From NCBI GenBank assembly GCA_041496385.1, contig JBGQEL010000005.1:31299-95298 (forward strand): a DNA stretch of 64,000 nt, given 5' to 3'. This DNA is from Candidatus Methylomirabilia bacterium. GTDB lineage: Bacteria; Methylomirabilota; Methylomirabilia; Rokubacteriales; CSP1-6. Below, in pieces: positions 62,789-64,000 of the stretch (position 1 is the stretch's first letter; each line of letters opens with the position of its first letter). The translations under genes and the position numbers were made by a program. The notes below the pieces were generated by a model. That model did not search any database, had not been told where the DNA came from, and saw nothing but the letters and a program-made list of their open reading frames with translations.

Positions 62789-63751
62789 CTACCCGGCGAT
62801 CGGGTGGAGGTCCGGCCGGCAGCTCGTGCAGGGCGCGAGCCCCGCCGCCTCCGCGCGCGCGCGCGAGGCGAAGAGCGTGAGCTCGGCCAGCGAACGCTCG
62901 GCGAGCGAGCCGCAGGTCGGCACGCAGTACTCCGTGTCTTCCTGCGCGCGGACGTACATTGCGGCGCGCTCGATGCGGAAGTCGTGCTCGCCCCGAAACG
63001 TGCGAACACCCTCGACGGCGAGCAGGCGCTGCTTGAGCGTCACCTTGTTGCCGGCGTAGCCGGTCAGCGCGCCGGAGGTGCCGATGATCCGGTGGCACGG
63101 GACCACGATCGGCAGCGGGTTCCAGCGCAGCGCCTGCGCGACCGCGCGAACGGCCTCGGGCCGGCCGATCCGCCGCGCGATCCCGGCGTAGGACGCCACG
63201 GCGCCATACGGCACGCGCGCCGTCGCCTCCAGCACCGTGCGGTGGAAGGCGCTCCGCGCGAGCCGCCAGTCGAGCGGCCAGCCCAGCTCGGCGCGACGAC
63301 CCTCGAGGTAGTCGAGCAGCTCGCCGTGGAACCGCTCGATCTCGACACCGTCCCGCTCGATCTCGACGCCGGCCACGTGGCTCAGCCTGGAGGCCGCGAC
63401 GCTGGTCGCGCTCCCGAGGTACTCGACCAGCGAGATCCCTTCCTCCGACCGCGCGATCAGGATGTGGCCGAGCGGCGAGGGAAAGATCGCGTACGTCACG
63501 AGCCGGCGCCGGAGGTCCGCCAGCCGCGCCTGGAGCCCCGCGCGAGCCTCCGGCGCGGGCTCCGTGGTCTCCCGCCCCAGGCTCCGTGTGACGGCGTCGA
63601 TCGCCTGATACCTCGCGAAGTCGTCGCGGCAGGGCGGGCAGCCGCCGACGTGGTGCTGCACGCGTCGCGCGGAGGCGGCATCCGCCTCGCCCGTCGCGGC
63701 CGCGACGAGGTCGGTCTCGATCTCACGGCACACCGAAGGCTTCGGACTCAT
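62789..63751 (-). CDS. Fusion of zf-HC2 anti-sigma domain, O6-methylguanine-DNA methyltransferase and Ada Zn-binding domain
   Basis: N-terminal C...HVGGCPPC; VPYG...RAVAQA...NPLPIVVPCHRII; C-terminal YCVPTC...FASRARAEAAGLAPCTSCRP. Confidence 0.88.
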   Translation of the reverse strand: MSPKPSVCREIETDLVAAATGEADAASARRVQHHVGGCPPCRDDFARYQAIDAVTRSLGRETTEPAPEARAGLQARLADLRRRLVTYAIFPSPLGHILIARSEEGISLVEYLGSATSVAASRLSHVAGVEIERDGVEIERFHGELLDYLEGRRAELGWPLDWRLARSAFHRTVLEATARVPYGAVASYAGIARRIGRPEAVRAVAQALRWNPLPIVVPCHRIIGTSGALTGYAGNKVTLKQRLLAVEGVRTFRGEHDFRIERAAMYVRAQEDTEYCVPTCGSLAERSLAELTLFASRARAEAAGLAPCTSCRPDLHPIAG

Positions 63752-64000
63752 GTGCGGGACTCCATCAAGTGAATGTCGTGACCGTTCAGGCTCAGGCGGA
63801 TCTTCTTGAGCGCCTGAAAAACGTGCGCTCGCGCGCTCTCGGCCGAGCAGCCGAGGCTCCGTCCGATCGCGTCGTACTCGAGCTCGTGGACCTTCCTGAG
63901 CGTGAACGCGAGCCGCTGCTTGAGCGGCAGCCGCGTGACCACGGAGTCGAGCAACGCGCGCGTCTCGTTGAAGCGCCGCGCCTCTTCGGGCCCGGGGCCG
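63748..64000 (-). CDS. ECF sigma factor, C-terminal region 4; runs off the right edge
   Basis: LPLKQRLAFTLRKVHELEYDAIGRSLGCSAESARAHVFQALKKIR; ATGA overlap with the downstream fusion gene. Confidence 0.8.
   Translation of the reverse strand, partial: GPGPEEARRFNETRALLDSVVTRLPLKQRLAFTLRKVHELEYDAIGRSLGCSAESARAHVFQALKKIRLSLNGHDIHLMESRT

Overview
Very GC-rich, densely coding bacterial chromosomal window with about 65 genes. Gene content and style (many solute-binding proteins, ECF sigma/anti-sigma modules, multi-GAF kinases, apparent leaderless genes) resemble Candidatus Rokubacteria/Methylomirabilota, but that is inference only. No rRNA, tRNA, CRISPR array, transposase or integrase was recognised. 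Routine content includes an AOR fragment, rbp-rpsU, ilvE, a hydantoinase/carbamoylase cluster, three ABC importers, an RNB nuclease, an AAA/TPR nucleotidyl cyclase and a 1456-aa hybrid kinase. Top observations: (1) a radical SAM gene whose apparent stop is an in-frame UGA in a Cys-Sec-Ala-Glu-Pro tail followed by a SECIS-like hairpin, in an operon with NfuA-like and ATP-grasp genes and divergent from a CDGSH Fe-S gene; (2) an ECF sigma coupled to a zinc anti-sigma/Ogt/Ada-Zn fusion, a candidate sigma-based alkylation response; (3) a tandem-domain AdoMetDC-like plus deoxyhypusine-synthase-like operon preceded by two coupled micro-ORFs, one rich in Arg codons; (4) several SD-sequestering hairpins overlapped by alternative-sigma promoters, a CarS-like gene, and deletion scars. 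All calls come from motif recognition by eye; no searches were run.
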